Origin: a virus
Lineage: Duplodnaviria; Heunggongvirae; Uroviricota; Caudoviricetes
Direction: 5' to 3' (one strand)
Virus record (IMG/VR): IMGVR_UViG_3300049044_000033
Coordinates: 222,796 to 286,795 of that record
Length of the DNA: 64,000 nucleotides
Positions 1-8,246 of the stretch are shown here, one piece after another. The position numbers were made by a program, and so were the translations under genes. The notes beneath the pieces are model-generated. The model was not told the origin of the DNA. It saw only the letters and a list, made by a program, of their open reading frames with translations, and searched no databases. How positions within the stretch are numbered: the first letter of the stretch is position 1; each line of letters begins with the position of its first letter.

Positions 1-138
1 TTGAATATGGAGGAACAGGAATGAACTTCTTATTCTTTACATCACGCAACTGATACTCGCCGGTCTCGGTGTCCATGATGACCACAACACCGAGAACCTT
101 GCGAGCAATTTCTGCATCAAGATCAGGACCAGGAAGCA
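1..138 (-). CDS. partial CDS (5' part only, runs off the window start), hypothetical
   Basis: Minus-strand ATG at 138-136 overlaps the rpsU stop as TAATG. Open frame MLPGPDLDAEIARKVLGVVVIMDTETGEYQLRDVKNKKFIPVPPYS reaches position 1 without a stop. Confidence 0.3.
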
Positions 139-402
139 TTAGGCAGGCTGCTGACGCAGACGCTTCTTCTGGCGACGAATCGCTTCCTGCTTCTTCTTGC
201 GACGAATCTGACCTTTCGTCTCAACATACTCCTTACGACGCATGTCGCGAATCAGACCTTCCTGAACGACACGACGCTTCAGCGTCCTCATTGCCTGATC
301 CAGGTTCTTCAGTGCCTGTTCTGGGGTATGTGCTGGCTTGACTTCAACAGCCAATCCACGCTTGTGGATTTCACGGCCGTTGCCATTGTAATGACTTCCC
401 AC
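139..402 (-). CDS. rpsU: ribosomal protein bS21 homolog
   Basis: 87 aa, basic and Arg/Lys-rich C-terminus. VEVKPxxxxEQALKxLxxxxxxxGLIRDMRRKEYVE pattern matches the bacterial S21 family. GTG start with AAGGAG 8 nt upstream. Confidence 0.75.
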   Translation of the reverse strand: MGSHYNGNGREIHKRGLAVEVKPAHTPEQALKNLDQAMRTLKRRVVQEGLIRDMRRKEYVETKGQIRRKKKQEAIRRQKKRLRQQPA

Positions 403-520
403 TGTGGGATCTCCTTGTTAGGTTTACTCTACTTGTTTAGCAAAAATGGATAGTAGATTTCAATATTCTGGTTGACGTTCTTGCACTAAGAAACTACGGC
501 ATTCCCGAAAGGAGATTCCA

Positions 521-886
521 ATGTATGCTATTGGCGATATTATCTTTGGTATAAATCTCACCACTGATAGCGATGTCGCAAAGGTCTTTCCGGGATTCGA
601 AGGCGATGAACTTGATGAATTCCTCGAGAGCGGCGAAATCGAAACAAGCTATTCCGGCAACGGTGACCAACCTCGCTATTTCGGCATTGACATGAGTCAG
701 ATTGACGAATGCGATAATGAAAGAGGTTCTGATATTATCGCAAGGTTTCAGGTCACCACACAAGTGAAAGCTGACTGGGACAAAAAGCTTGCAGACTTCC
801 TCGCTAATGAGGAATGGAGTCAGGAACTTCGGGATAAAATCAAAGCTTGTGAGCCAGACGTCTGGCTCCTTTGGGGTTCGAGTTAA
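521..886 (+). CDS. hypothetical acidic protein
   Basis: 121 aa ORF, ATG start preceded by AGGAG-like site, no recognisable motifs. Confidence 0.4.
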   Translation: MYAIGDIIFGINLTTDSDVAKVFPGFEGDELDEFLESGEIETSYSGNGDQPRYFGIDMSQIDECDNERGSDIIARFQVTTQVKADWDKKLADFLANEEWSQELRDKIKACEPDVWLLWGSS

Positions 887-899
887 GAGGGAGAATGAA

Positions 900-1241
900 A
901 TGAAAATCGTAAAGAGTATCGGCGTGGCTCTCGCACTAGCGAGTCTTGGAGCATGTAGCTTCCCTAAGAAGTATGACGAGCAAGTCCGCCAGGTCGAAGT
1001 GGGTGAGACTACTGTGGACGACTACGTGGAACCCGCAGATCTTCACGTAAGCATCACTGACGTTGAATCGGGCAAGAGCTGGGACGTAAATCTCGGCGAC
1101 GAATGTCGTCAGTATCCTCTACCCAAGGGCGAACGCTTTATGACTCGGTTTGACCTGAGCCGTTATGAGCAGCCCAATGAGGACAAGAATACCTATATTG
1201 AGCCGCAGACGACTCCGATCTGGAAATATTTGTGCGGCTAA
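900..1241 (+). CDS. putative lipoprotein
   Basis: ATG at 900 follows AGAGGGAG RBS. N-terminus MKIVKSIGVALALASLGAC has a signal peptide plus lipobox Cys. Confidence 0.5.
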   Translation: MKIVKSIGVALALASLGACSFPKKYDEQVRQVEVGETTVDDYVEPADLHVSITDVESGKSWDVNLGDECRQYPLPKGERFMTRFDLSRYEQPNEDKNTYIEPQTTPIWKYLCG

Positions 1242-1546
1242 TCGTCGGCCTGGCCGCACTCACATTGTTATCAGCATGTGATAACCCATGGGAACCATTG
1301 CCTGATATTCAGAAGGATGTCAAGGTAGTAGCTGTGAATCCTCCAAAGCGTCTATACGTCACGCTAAGGGATGAATCAAATGGTCAGGAGACTAAGGTAT
1401 ATGTGGCGAAACGATGTAACGGCTACGAGAGAGTTCCAGTAGGTTCTCGCTTTAAGATGCCGTTCATTGTATCTAGGCATAAAGAAACCAAAGAGGTCGT
1501 TGTCGAACCTAATAGGAATTTCCTCTACCAAAAGTTCTGTGGGTGA
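1232..1546 (+). CDS. putative lipoprotein
   Basis: GTG start overlaps the upstream stop. N-terminus LIVGLAALTLLSAC has a lipobox. Confidence 0.45.
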   Translation: MRLIVGLAALTLLSACDNPWEPLPDIQKDVKVVAVNPPKRLYVTLRDESNGQETKVYVAKRCNGYERVPVGSRFKMPFIVSRHKETKEVVVEPNRNFLYQKFCG

Positions 1547-1581
1547 TTACTAACTAAGTTCTCCACGAACTAAGGCAGTTA

Positions 1582-1631
1582 TATCCTCCTCGATTTTCTC
1601 CACGGAGATTATTGGGGAGGATATTATTTTG
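1582..1631 (+). terminator. rho-independent terminator
   Basis: Stem ATATCCTCC/GGAGGATAT with an inner TCTCC/GGAGA hairpin, followed by TATTATTTTGG, directly after the CDS ending at 1546. Confidence 0.5.
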
Positions 1632-2198
1632 GAATGGCGAAGCGACAAGTGAACGACAAGTGAGCGCGTTAGTGACTTGCAGTAGGCAAGAAAGACACAC
1701 CTTTATCCCCCGTTACAAAGAAACAGACAAAGAATCTGCTTCCTCATAACGAGGGACTCAGTATCTTGCAGTTAGAGGCTGTCAGATCACTTTGAAGCTA
1801 ACGCTGAATTACTTCAGCACCGGGGTCACATTGTCGGTCTTGCGGTTAGGAATCCTGGGATTGTGGCGGCGTCCTATTAGTAACACTTCAAATTGCTACT
1901 AACAGGCAGAGAGGTAGTTGCGGACGAACTAGAGCTCTCTTCCTACGAAGAGCCAGAGCTGAGGGGAAAGCATATTTGCACCCACAGTTGCCTCTCGGAC
2001 TACCATCCACGTTTTCCCCGTGGACTCTGTTTATACTGGTGCGTCACCCCCGAAGGGATCTCTAATGAGAATGCCAGTTCGCGCCTAGCCGCTACCATTC
2101 CGTCTTCTTCCGGACAAGGTTCAGGTAAAACTAGGATGTCGTGCCTATTTAAAGGCTAATAGAACTGAATAACGCATTAGACATCCCAATGTCAATTA

Positions 2199-2957
2199 TC
2201 AGTTTTGAACCCTACCTCTGCTTTCGATAAGGTCCCCATACATATCAACAAATTCAATCCAGGCCGGACAATCTTTGCCCTTAAGTGGTAATCTGTGAGT
2301 CATAATCACTGAACGCATAGCTAGGATTGCTAACTCAGGTTGAAGAGTCATCGTCCAAGTAATCAGACGGTTCATCTGCTCCCAGAAGAGGATATTGGGT
2401 TTGCCGTATTTCTCGATAAGAGCCTTCAAAGCAGTCGCTGCTTCTCCCACCACTCGGACATTCTCTTCAAAGGTTTCCGCAGGGCCCCTAGCTTGCCCGC
2501 TGAGAACAAGATCCCCTGTGAGCTGCTCGCTATCGAGATCAGTATCAATCTCTTCGAGCAGGGCTTCTAAGCGCTCCTCTTGGGTGCTGCCATCGAGGAA
2601 GACCTTTGGCCAGTGGTACTTGGTAATATTCTTATAGTTCAGAGCCTTGTAGGACTTGCCTTGGAAGACCTTTTCTTCCAGAGGTGCAAGACGAACGGTT
2701 GTTTTGTCATCGGCCAAGATTTCAACATCGTACCGACGACGAATCAATTGCCAGGCATAAACTTGGAAGTTAGGATGGATGCCGCCTAGCCAGAGGGCAA
2801 AGTTGTTAGCCCAGTTGCTATATTCTTCGCCGTTGCGACTTGCGATTGTGATCTTGTCGGCTGCTTCGTTTATAATCTCAAGCTGTACCTGAGGCTCGAT
2901 AGAACCTTCAGGCCATTTGCCTTCAAAAATCTGATCAACTGTTGAGCTAATATCCAT
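2199..2957 (-). CDS. hypothetical protein (252 aa)
   Basis: Long minus-strand ORF, no motif recognised. Confidence 0.5.
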   Translation of the reverse strand: MDISSTVDQIFEGKWPEGSIEPQVQLEIINEAADKITIASRNGEEYSNWANNFALWLGGIHPNFQVYAWQLIRRRYDVEILADDKTTVRLAPLEEKVFQGKSYKALNYKNITKYHWPKVFLDGSTQEERLEALLEEIDTDLDSEQLTGDLVLSGQARGPAETFEENVRVVGEAATALKALIEKYGKPNILFWEQMNRLITWTMTLQPELAILAMRSVIMTHRLPLKGKDCPAWIEFVDMYGDLIESRGRVQN

Positions 2958-3145
2958 AAGAAACCTCCTGTATCACATCACTGTAACACAGGAGGCTCTT
3001 TTGTCAACCCATTGTAGTGAATTCCATACCGTTTCTCGATCCCACATAAGGCTTTCGAGTATCGGTTCTATTGAGATTCAAAACAATGTCGGTTCCCTGC
3101 AATGCGACCCGCAGGCTTTTATCACTTCGCTTGAGAATGTCTGCC

Positions 3146-3541
3146 TTAACTGATCGGCCCGATTCCGTCGAGCTGACCAAGCAGGTCTCCAAAAAGTTCG
3201 TCCGTGTCGTCATGCTTTACTGGCTCCCCATAGCCGAGAGTGAGACGCAGCATATCAACAAATACGCTCCGATCCGATTTCTCTCCAGCGGATCGATCTA
3301 GCATACCTTGGACGACATAAGAGACGATCTTGTAGTCGTTGCGGACATTTTCACATTCAAAATCTACCCCATGGATAGCAAGAACGGTATGAATCTGCGC
3401 ATGAATTCCGGCCGATTTATCTACCGGCTTGCGGAACGAGCTAATCTGAACAACATTGTCCGATGCTACGTTTCCGTTAGCAGCCTCTCCTTTTGTGTCG
3501 TCGCTTTCCATTTTGCGACTTTCTAGATAAACAACAGTCAT
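3146..3541 (-). CDS. hypothetical protein
   Basis: 131 aa ORF. 5' end uncertain. Confidence 0.35.
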   Translation of the reverse strand: MTVVYLESRKMESDDTKGEAANGNVASDNVVQISSFRKPVDKSAGIHAQIHTVLAIHGVDFECENVRNDYKIVSYVVQGMLDRSAGEKSDRSVFVDMLRLTLGYGEPVKHDDTDELFGDLLGQLDGIGPIS

Positions 3542-3741
3542 AAGACACAGCGTCCCCCTTTAGGCTATTCATGTATGGATTTGAAAGGAGCGACCCTCTT
3601 CTCATCCCACAACACAAATCACACCCTCAATTGCGTCTGTGCTGTAAAGGGCAGACTATGCGCTGACCCCTTGGGAGTCAAGCAATTTTAACACAAATGA
3701 AGTGGAAAATTAGAACTTAGGAAAGCTATTAACCCTGTAAG

Positions 3742-3776
3742 AAGCTGAAATCTAAGCGTTTCGCAGCTTTTTTGTA
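3742..3776 (+). terminator. orphan rho-independent terminator (possible sRNA 3' end)
   Basis: AAGCTG...CAGCTT stem followed by TTTTTTG. No plus-strand CDS upstream. Confidence 0.4.
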
Positions 3777-3872
3777 GGTTAATGAAACTGTATTTTTAGA
3801 GTTAACAGGTAACTGGTGAGGTCCCTGTTAACTCTAATGATTAACTAAGGCGTTTCCTAGCTTATCAAGGCG

Positions 3873-4409
3873 TTAGTTTTGCGCACTTTTCTTGCCCGTG
3901 GGAGCAATAATCGCAAACAACTGCCGTTCGCTGCGTGCCACTGGGCGTTCAAACTTGAAATCCTCGAGATAGCTGAGGAATTCTTGCATTACAGATGCAC
4001 CAACATCCAAATGTGTAATCTCACGACCCTTGAACTTGATAACAACCTTGACTTTGTCACCTTCTTCTAGGAAGCCCTGAGCACGCTTTGCCTTGACCTT
4101 GAGGTCATTATTGTCTGTGGTAGGTCTCAGCTGAATTTCCTTCAGCTCAACTCTCGATTCCCTAGACTTCTTAGCAGCTTCCTTGGCACGACGACTCTCG
4201 TCATACTTGAACTTGCCATAGTCCAGAATCTTGCAGACCGGCATACCATTTGCCATGTTGATGGCAACTAGATCCAGTCCTACCTGACGGGCTCGGTTAC
4301 GAGCTTCAATCAGTGAGATAACACCAATCTGCTCGCCGGTGTCACCAATGAGACGTACTTCTTTAGCGCGGATCTGGTCGTTCACCGCATACTTAAAATT
4401 CACAGACAA
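3873..4409 (-). CDS. infC: translation initiation factor IF-3
   Basis: 178 aa. IRAKEVRLIGDTGEQIGVISLIEARNRARQVGLDLVAI...PVCKILDYGKFKYD and the C-domain KVVIKFKGREITH align along the whole length with bacterial IF3. Confidence 0.9.
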   Translation of the reverse strand: MSVNFKYAVNDQIRAKEVRLIGDTGEQIGVISLIEARNRARQVGLDLVAINMANGMPVCKILDYGKFKYDESRRAKEAAKKSRESRVELKEIQLRPTTDNNDLKVKAKRAQGFLEEGDKVKVVIKFKGREITHLDVGASVMQEFLSYLEDFKFERPVARSERQLFAIIAPTGKKSAQN

Positions 4410-4468
4410 TCGTTTCCTTTCATAATGGTAGAGTGGTCAATATATTCCAACCACTCTACCTGTCAATA

Positions 4469-5719
4469 TCATGCTACGTTGGGATTATCATACAGAACAA
4501 CAGGTTCTGCGTTACCCTCAATAACATCCTTTGTGACCTTAACAGTCACAGCACCCTGATCCTTAAGATCAGGAAGTTCGTATTGTACCTTGATGAGACG
4601 CTTTTCAATGACGCTCCTCAAGCCACGCGCACCAGTCTTTCGGGTGATGGCATCAACTGCCACTGCACGGAGAGCGTCTTCGTCAAACTCAAGAGCAATG
4701 TTCTCAAGCTGGAACATTTTGTTGAACTGCTTCACAAGAGCATTCTTAGGTTCAGTGAGAACCTTAATAAGCTGATCCTGGTCTAGCTCTTCCAAGCTAG
4801 TGATGACTGGTAGACGTCCGACTAGTTCAGGGATCAAACCGAACTTCTGAAGGTCTTCTGGTTCAACGCTACCTAGCAGCTTGCTAGACACCTTGTCCAA
4901 ATCATCCTTCACTGAAGCACCGAAACCAATGCTACCCTTGTTCTTGTTCATGCGCTTGGCAATGATTTCATCCAAGCCCACAAAAGCCCCGCCAACAATG
5001 AACAAGATGTTCTTTGTATTCACAACAGCCATTTCGGCGTTTGGATGCTTGCGGTTACCCTGTAGGGGAACTCGAACTTCACTACCTTCGATGATCTTCA
5101 GCAAAGCCTGCTGGACGCCTTCACCCGATACGTCGCGTGAGATGCTAGCCGAGTCGCCCCTGCGAGCCTTCTTATCAACTTCGTCCAAGTAAATGATGCC
5201 ACGCTCGGCCTTTGCAACATCATTGTCACAGACCTGTAGCAAGCGAGAGATAATCGTCTCAACGTCGTCACCCACGTAACCTGCTTCAGTAAGCGAAGTA
5301 GCGTCAGCGATTGTGAAGGGAACATCAAGCAACTTTGCGATGCTCTTTGCCATTAGGGTCTTACCCGAACCCGTTGGACCGAGGAGCAAGATGTTGCTCT
5401 TCTCAAGTTCAACGTCATCAACCACTGGGTTGGCAAGACGCTTATAGTGATTGTGGACAGCCACAGCCATGACCATTTTGGCATCATTTTGACCGATGAC
5501 ATACTGATCTAGGAATTCACGAATCTGACGAGGGCTTGGGATGGTGCCATCCTTAATAGCCATCTTAGTAGAAGATGAATCATCTTCTTTCAAGATATCA
5601 GCGCAGAGCTGAACGCAGTCATTACAGATGAAGACGTCAGGTCCAGCAATAAGCTTCTGGACATGCTCCTGCTTCTTTCCGCAGAAGCTGCAGGTTAGTG
5701 ATTTCTTATTCTCGCTCAT
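4469..5719 (-). CDS. clpX: ATP-dependent Clp protease ATP-binding subunit ClpX
   Basis: 416 aa. N-terminal C4 zinc finger (CSFCGK...CNDC), Walker A GPTGSGKT, ClpX-type AAA+ body including the LDEVDK Walker B region. Confidence 0.9.
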   Translation of the reverse strand: MSENKKSLTCSFCGKKQEHVQKLIAGPDVFICNDCVQLCADILKEDDSSSTKMAIKDGTIPSPRQIREFLDQYVIGQNDAKMVMAVAVHNHYKRLANPVVDDVELEKSNILLLGPTGSGKTLMAKSIAKLLDVPFTIADATSLTEAGYVGDDVETIISRLLQVCDNDVAKAERGIIYLDEVDKKARRGDSASISRDVSGEGVQQALLKIIEGSEVRVPLQGNRKHPNAEMAVVNTKNILFIVGGAFVGLDEIIAKRMNKNKGSIGFGASVKDDLDKVSSKLLGSVEPEDLQKFGLIPELVGRLPVITSLEELDQDQLIKVLTEPKNALVKQFNKMFQLENIALEFDEDALRAVAVDAITRKTGARGLRSVIEKRLIKVQYELPDLKDQGAVTVKVTKDVIEGNAEPVVLYDNPNVA

Positions 5720-5830
5720 TACCGACCTCGAGTATTCAGTTTTACCTGATATTTAGTTTTTGTCGATCAAGGGACCCGAGGGCGTTTCCGAAGGGCACCT
5801 TTACTTTATGCCCTTCGGAACTAGATATCA

Positions 5831-7105
5831 TTATAATCCTGGTCGATTCTGTCGCATACTTTCTACGACCTGCACGATGTCATTGACGATGTCTGGATTG
5901 AGCTCCAGTAGCTCAATGATCAATTCCTTCGGCGTCCTGGGATCATCCTCAAAGGACGGTGTGTTGGATTCTGGTTTCCATGCGTTGATAGCATTCTGCT
6001 GCTGCGTCAGCTGGGCTTCCCACTGCTGTAGGAGTTCACGCTCGTCATTCAAACGAGCTTCCATGTCGAGCAGCTCTTGGTGCGCCTTTGAGAGACTCTG
6101 CTGATCAGACTGAATAGAGGCAGATACCGAAGCGTATTCTTGTGCAAATTCCTGACGCTCTTTGTCAAACGCCGCACGAGCTTCCGCGAGGTCGTTCTTG
6201 AGCTCATCATACTTTGTATCTTGCTCAATTAGGTCCTCAAGCTTCTCCTCAAGCTTCTCCTCAAAAGTCTCAGCTTCTTCCTCAACAGCTTCAATAGGAT
6301 GATCTAGAAGATCAGATACTGGAACCATTTCGACCGGAGGTATGACAGCTTCGACCTTAGTCGCTTTAGCTTTCTCCTCCCTGAGCTTTTGAAGAGATAT
6401 GCTACCCATGATAAACATAGAGATAGCAAGGGGATCAAACGCAGCCATGATAAGGGAAATGATAATCCTGATTGCTTTCTCACCGTCCATACCAAGAGCT
6501 TCGGCAATGAACTTTGCCACACCGAGTTCGCCCTCTACATTACCAGTTTTGATCTTTAGCGGAACAAGCTTCTGAGTAATGTCATTGATCACAGTATTGT
6601 TGGCGTCAATGGACTTCTGAATCTCTGCGGCTTCTTTCTTCGACTGGTTAGAAGCACGAAGACCTGCACGAGCATTGCCCTCTAGAACCTTATCGGTGAT
6701 CTTGCTAATTTGACCCAAGCGAGCTTCTAAGCGAACGTTCTCATCTTGCTTTTGCTTCAACTGGGTTTCCAACTGTGCGACCTGAATACCAAGACCTGCG
6801 AGGGGAGCCTGTTGCTCAAGGTGTCCCTTACTCAAATAGCCGTAGATACCAAGGCTCGTTATAGCCATGAGACACGCGACAAAAAAGCAAAGAAGACCTC
6901 GGAAGTACCAAGGTGCTGAAGGATTTCTCCAGTTAGTGTGAATCCACTTAGCAGTCACGATCTTGCCGACCTCAAGGGCGGCGCCCATAATGACTACGCC
7001 CCAGAAGGTAGCCGCAAAGATGCTACCTAGACCTACTAGGGAGAAATAAGCCGCTACACCACTGATGATTGCTGCTACGAAAAAGATGAATAAGATGAAT
7101 GCCAT
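5831..7105 (-). CDS. membrane protein with long coiled-coil region
   Basis: 424 aa. About four N-terminal TM helices, then Glu/Lys/Gln-rich heptad-like segments. Confidence 0.5.
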   Translation of the reverse strand: MAFILFIFFVAAIISGVAAYFSLVGLGSIFAATFWGVVIMGAALEVGKIVTAKWIHTNWRNPSAPWYFRGLLCFFVACLMAITSLGIYGYLSKGHLEQQAPLAGLGIQVAQLETQLKQKQDENVRLEARLGQISKITDKVLEGNARAGLRASNQSKKEAAEIQKSIDANNTVINDITQKLVPLKIKTGNVEGELGVAKFIAEALGMDGEKAIRIIISLIMAAFDPLAISMFIMGSISLQKLREEKAKATKVEAVIPPVEMVPVSDLLDHPIEAVEEEAETFEEKLEEKLEDLIEQDTKYDELKNDLAEARAAFDKERQEFAQEYASVSASIQSDQQSLSKAHQELLDMEARLNDERELLQQWEAQLTQQQNAINAWKPESNTPSFEDDPRTPKELIIELLELNPDIVNDIVQVVESMRQNRPGL

Positions 7106-7183
7106 AAATGCCTCTAGGGTTCTGAAAAGGGTATATAGACTACCGGAGTAGACTGTCTACTTATCTCTTCAGAACCCAGAGGT

Positions 7184-7606
7184 TCAGGCGAATAAAGCCT
7201 TTAGCTTCTGCCAGAAAGAAAGCTTTGGCTTAGGAGTGAGGTCCGTAAGACCATTATAGCGGTCAAGGAACTTCCATGAGATGTTCTTAGCGCCGAAGAC
7301 TTCCAGGGCCTTGAATGCCATCTGGGGATCGAGATCGCTACAGGTGTAGATATCGAACTCGATAAATGGCTGCTCACATTCGTCCCAAGTGTGAAGAATC
7401 ATGTGCGAAGTTGTGATGTAAACACCAGCGGTCATGCCGCGATTGCCTACCTGCTCACAATATTCCGCAGATGCTTCCTTGAGGACTTCCATGTCCATAG
7501 CGTGAACGATATCGGTGAGCCATTGCTCGACGAATCGCTCATCCTTCTTCAATGGTGGATTGTCCACGTGAGCGTGGACGATAAGGTGCTTGTGAAGCTT
7601 TGCCAT
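7184..7606 (-). CDS. speD: S-adenosylmethionine decarboxylase proenzyme (small pyruvoyl-dependent class)
   Basis: 140 aa. ITTSHMILHTWDE resembles the ESHIxIHTWPE self-cleavage/active-site motif of class 1 AdoMetDC. Confidence 0.7.
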   Translation of the reverse strand: MAKLHKHLIVHAHVDNPPLKKDERFVEQWLTDIVHAMDMEVLKEASAEYCEQVGNRGMTAGVYITTSHMILHTWDECEQPFIEFDIYTCSDLDPQMAFKALEVFGAKNISWKFLDRYNGLTDLTPKPKLSFWQKLKALFA

Positions 7607-7693
7607 TATAGACTCCTAATCAAAAGATCGCGCTGTGCGAATAAGCGTGTCTCAGGAAGATTAGGAGATCCGCTTCTTCCTTCGTTTCACCTT

Positions 7694-8161
7694 TCAGAAA
7701 AACTTTGCCGTAGCGGTGATATTTATCGGATTAGGAATTTTATCCCAACCATCCCGCAACAGGTCATTAGAATTCACTGGCTTGAAGCCAGCTTCGCGAT
7801 CTAACGACCAGGTACAATGATAGGTGCCCCCGTCCGGACGAACGGTAGAACCATCGACTTCTACGACTAAGCACTCGATGCCTGCGTCATTACAAGCATA
7901 GCCCACGACTCGAAAGTTGCTGGCTTCGGGCAGAGGTTGATCAGACTTTGCACCACGCTTGAACGTGATGTGATGTCCAACAAACTCCTCAAACTTGGGA
8001 GGGAAAATAGCTGCCAATTGAGAACGACTCGACGCGCTCAATTCGAAGGCCTGGTAACCTCCCTTTGGCTTGCCAATGATCTCATTTGCTTTCAATTCTT
8101 CCTCCAAAGTAGAGCATTGTCTATGCGAATTTTTCCAACCTGTGTCAACATCAATCTTCAA
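7694..8161 (-). CDS. hypothetical protein with two HxTx motifs (2H phosphoesterase-like?)
   Basis: 155 aa. GHHITFK and YHCTWSL, about 60 aa apart, resemble the duplicated H-x-T/S-x catalytic motifs of the LigT/2H (and Acb1-like) fold. Weak call. Confidence 0.3.
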   Translation of the reverse strand: MKIDVDTGWKNSHRQCSTLEEELKANEIIGKPKGGYQAFELSASSRSQLAAIFPPKFEEFVGHHITFKRGAKSDQPLPEASNFRVVGYACNDAGIECLVVEVDGSTVRPDGGTYHCTWSLDREAGFKPVNSNDLLRDGWDKIPNPINITATAKFF

Positions 8162-8246
8162 ACCGATAAATTAACCTGTATCCAATGTGAAAATTGACAC
8201 GTTGGGTTCTAAATCCATAACGTAAAACAAAGATCAAGGGTTAACC

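Noticed and set aside
69-341. 90 aa plus-strand ORF
   Set aside because: Lies entirely antisense to the well-supported bS21 gene. Low-complexity Ser/Asp-rich translation, a shadow ORF.
1893-2159. 88 aa ORF in the 1632-2198 gap
   Set aside because: No RBS, low-complexity product, surrounded by structured non-coding sequence. Kept only as part of a non-coding-region finding.
4433-5328. Several 60-117 aa ORFs inside clpX on both strands
   Set aside because: Embedded within or antisense to a full-length, strongly conserved ClpX ORF.
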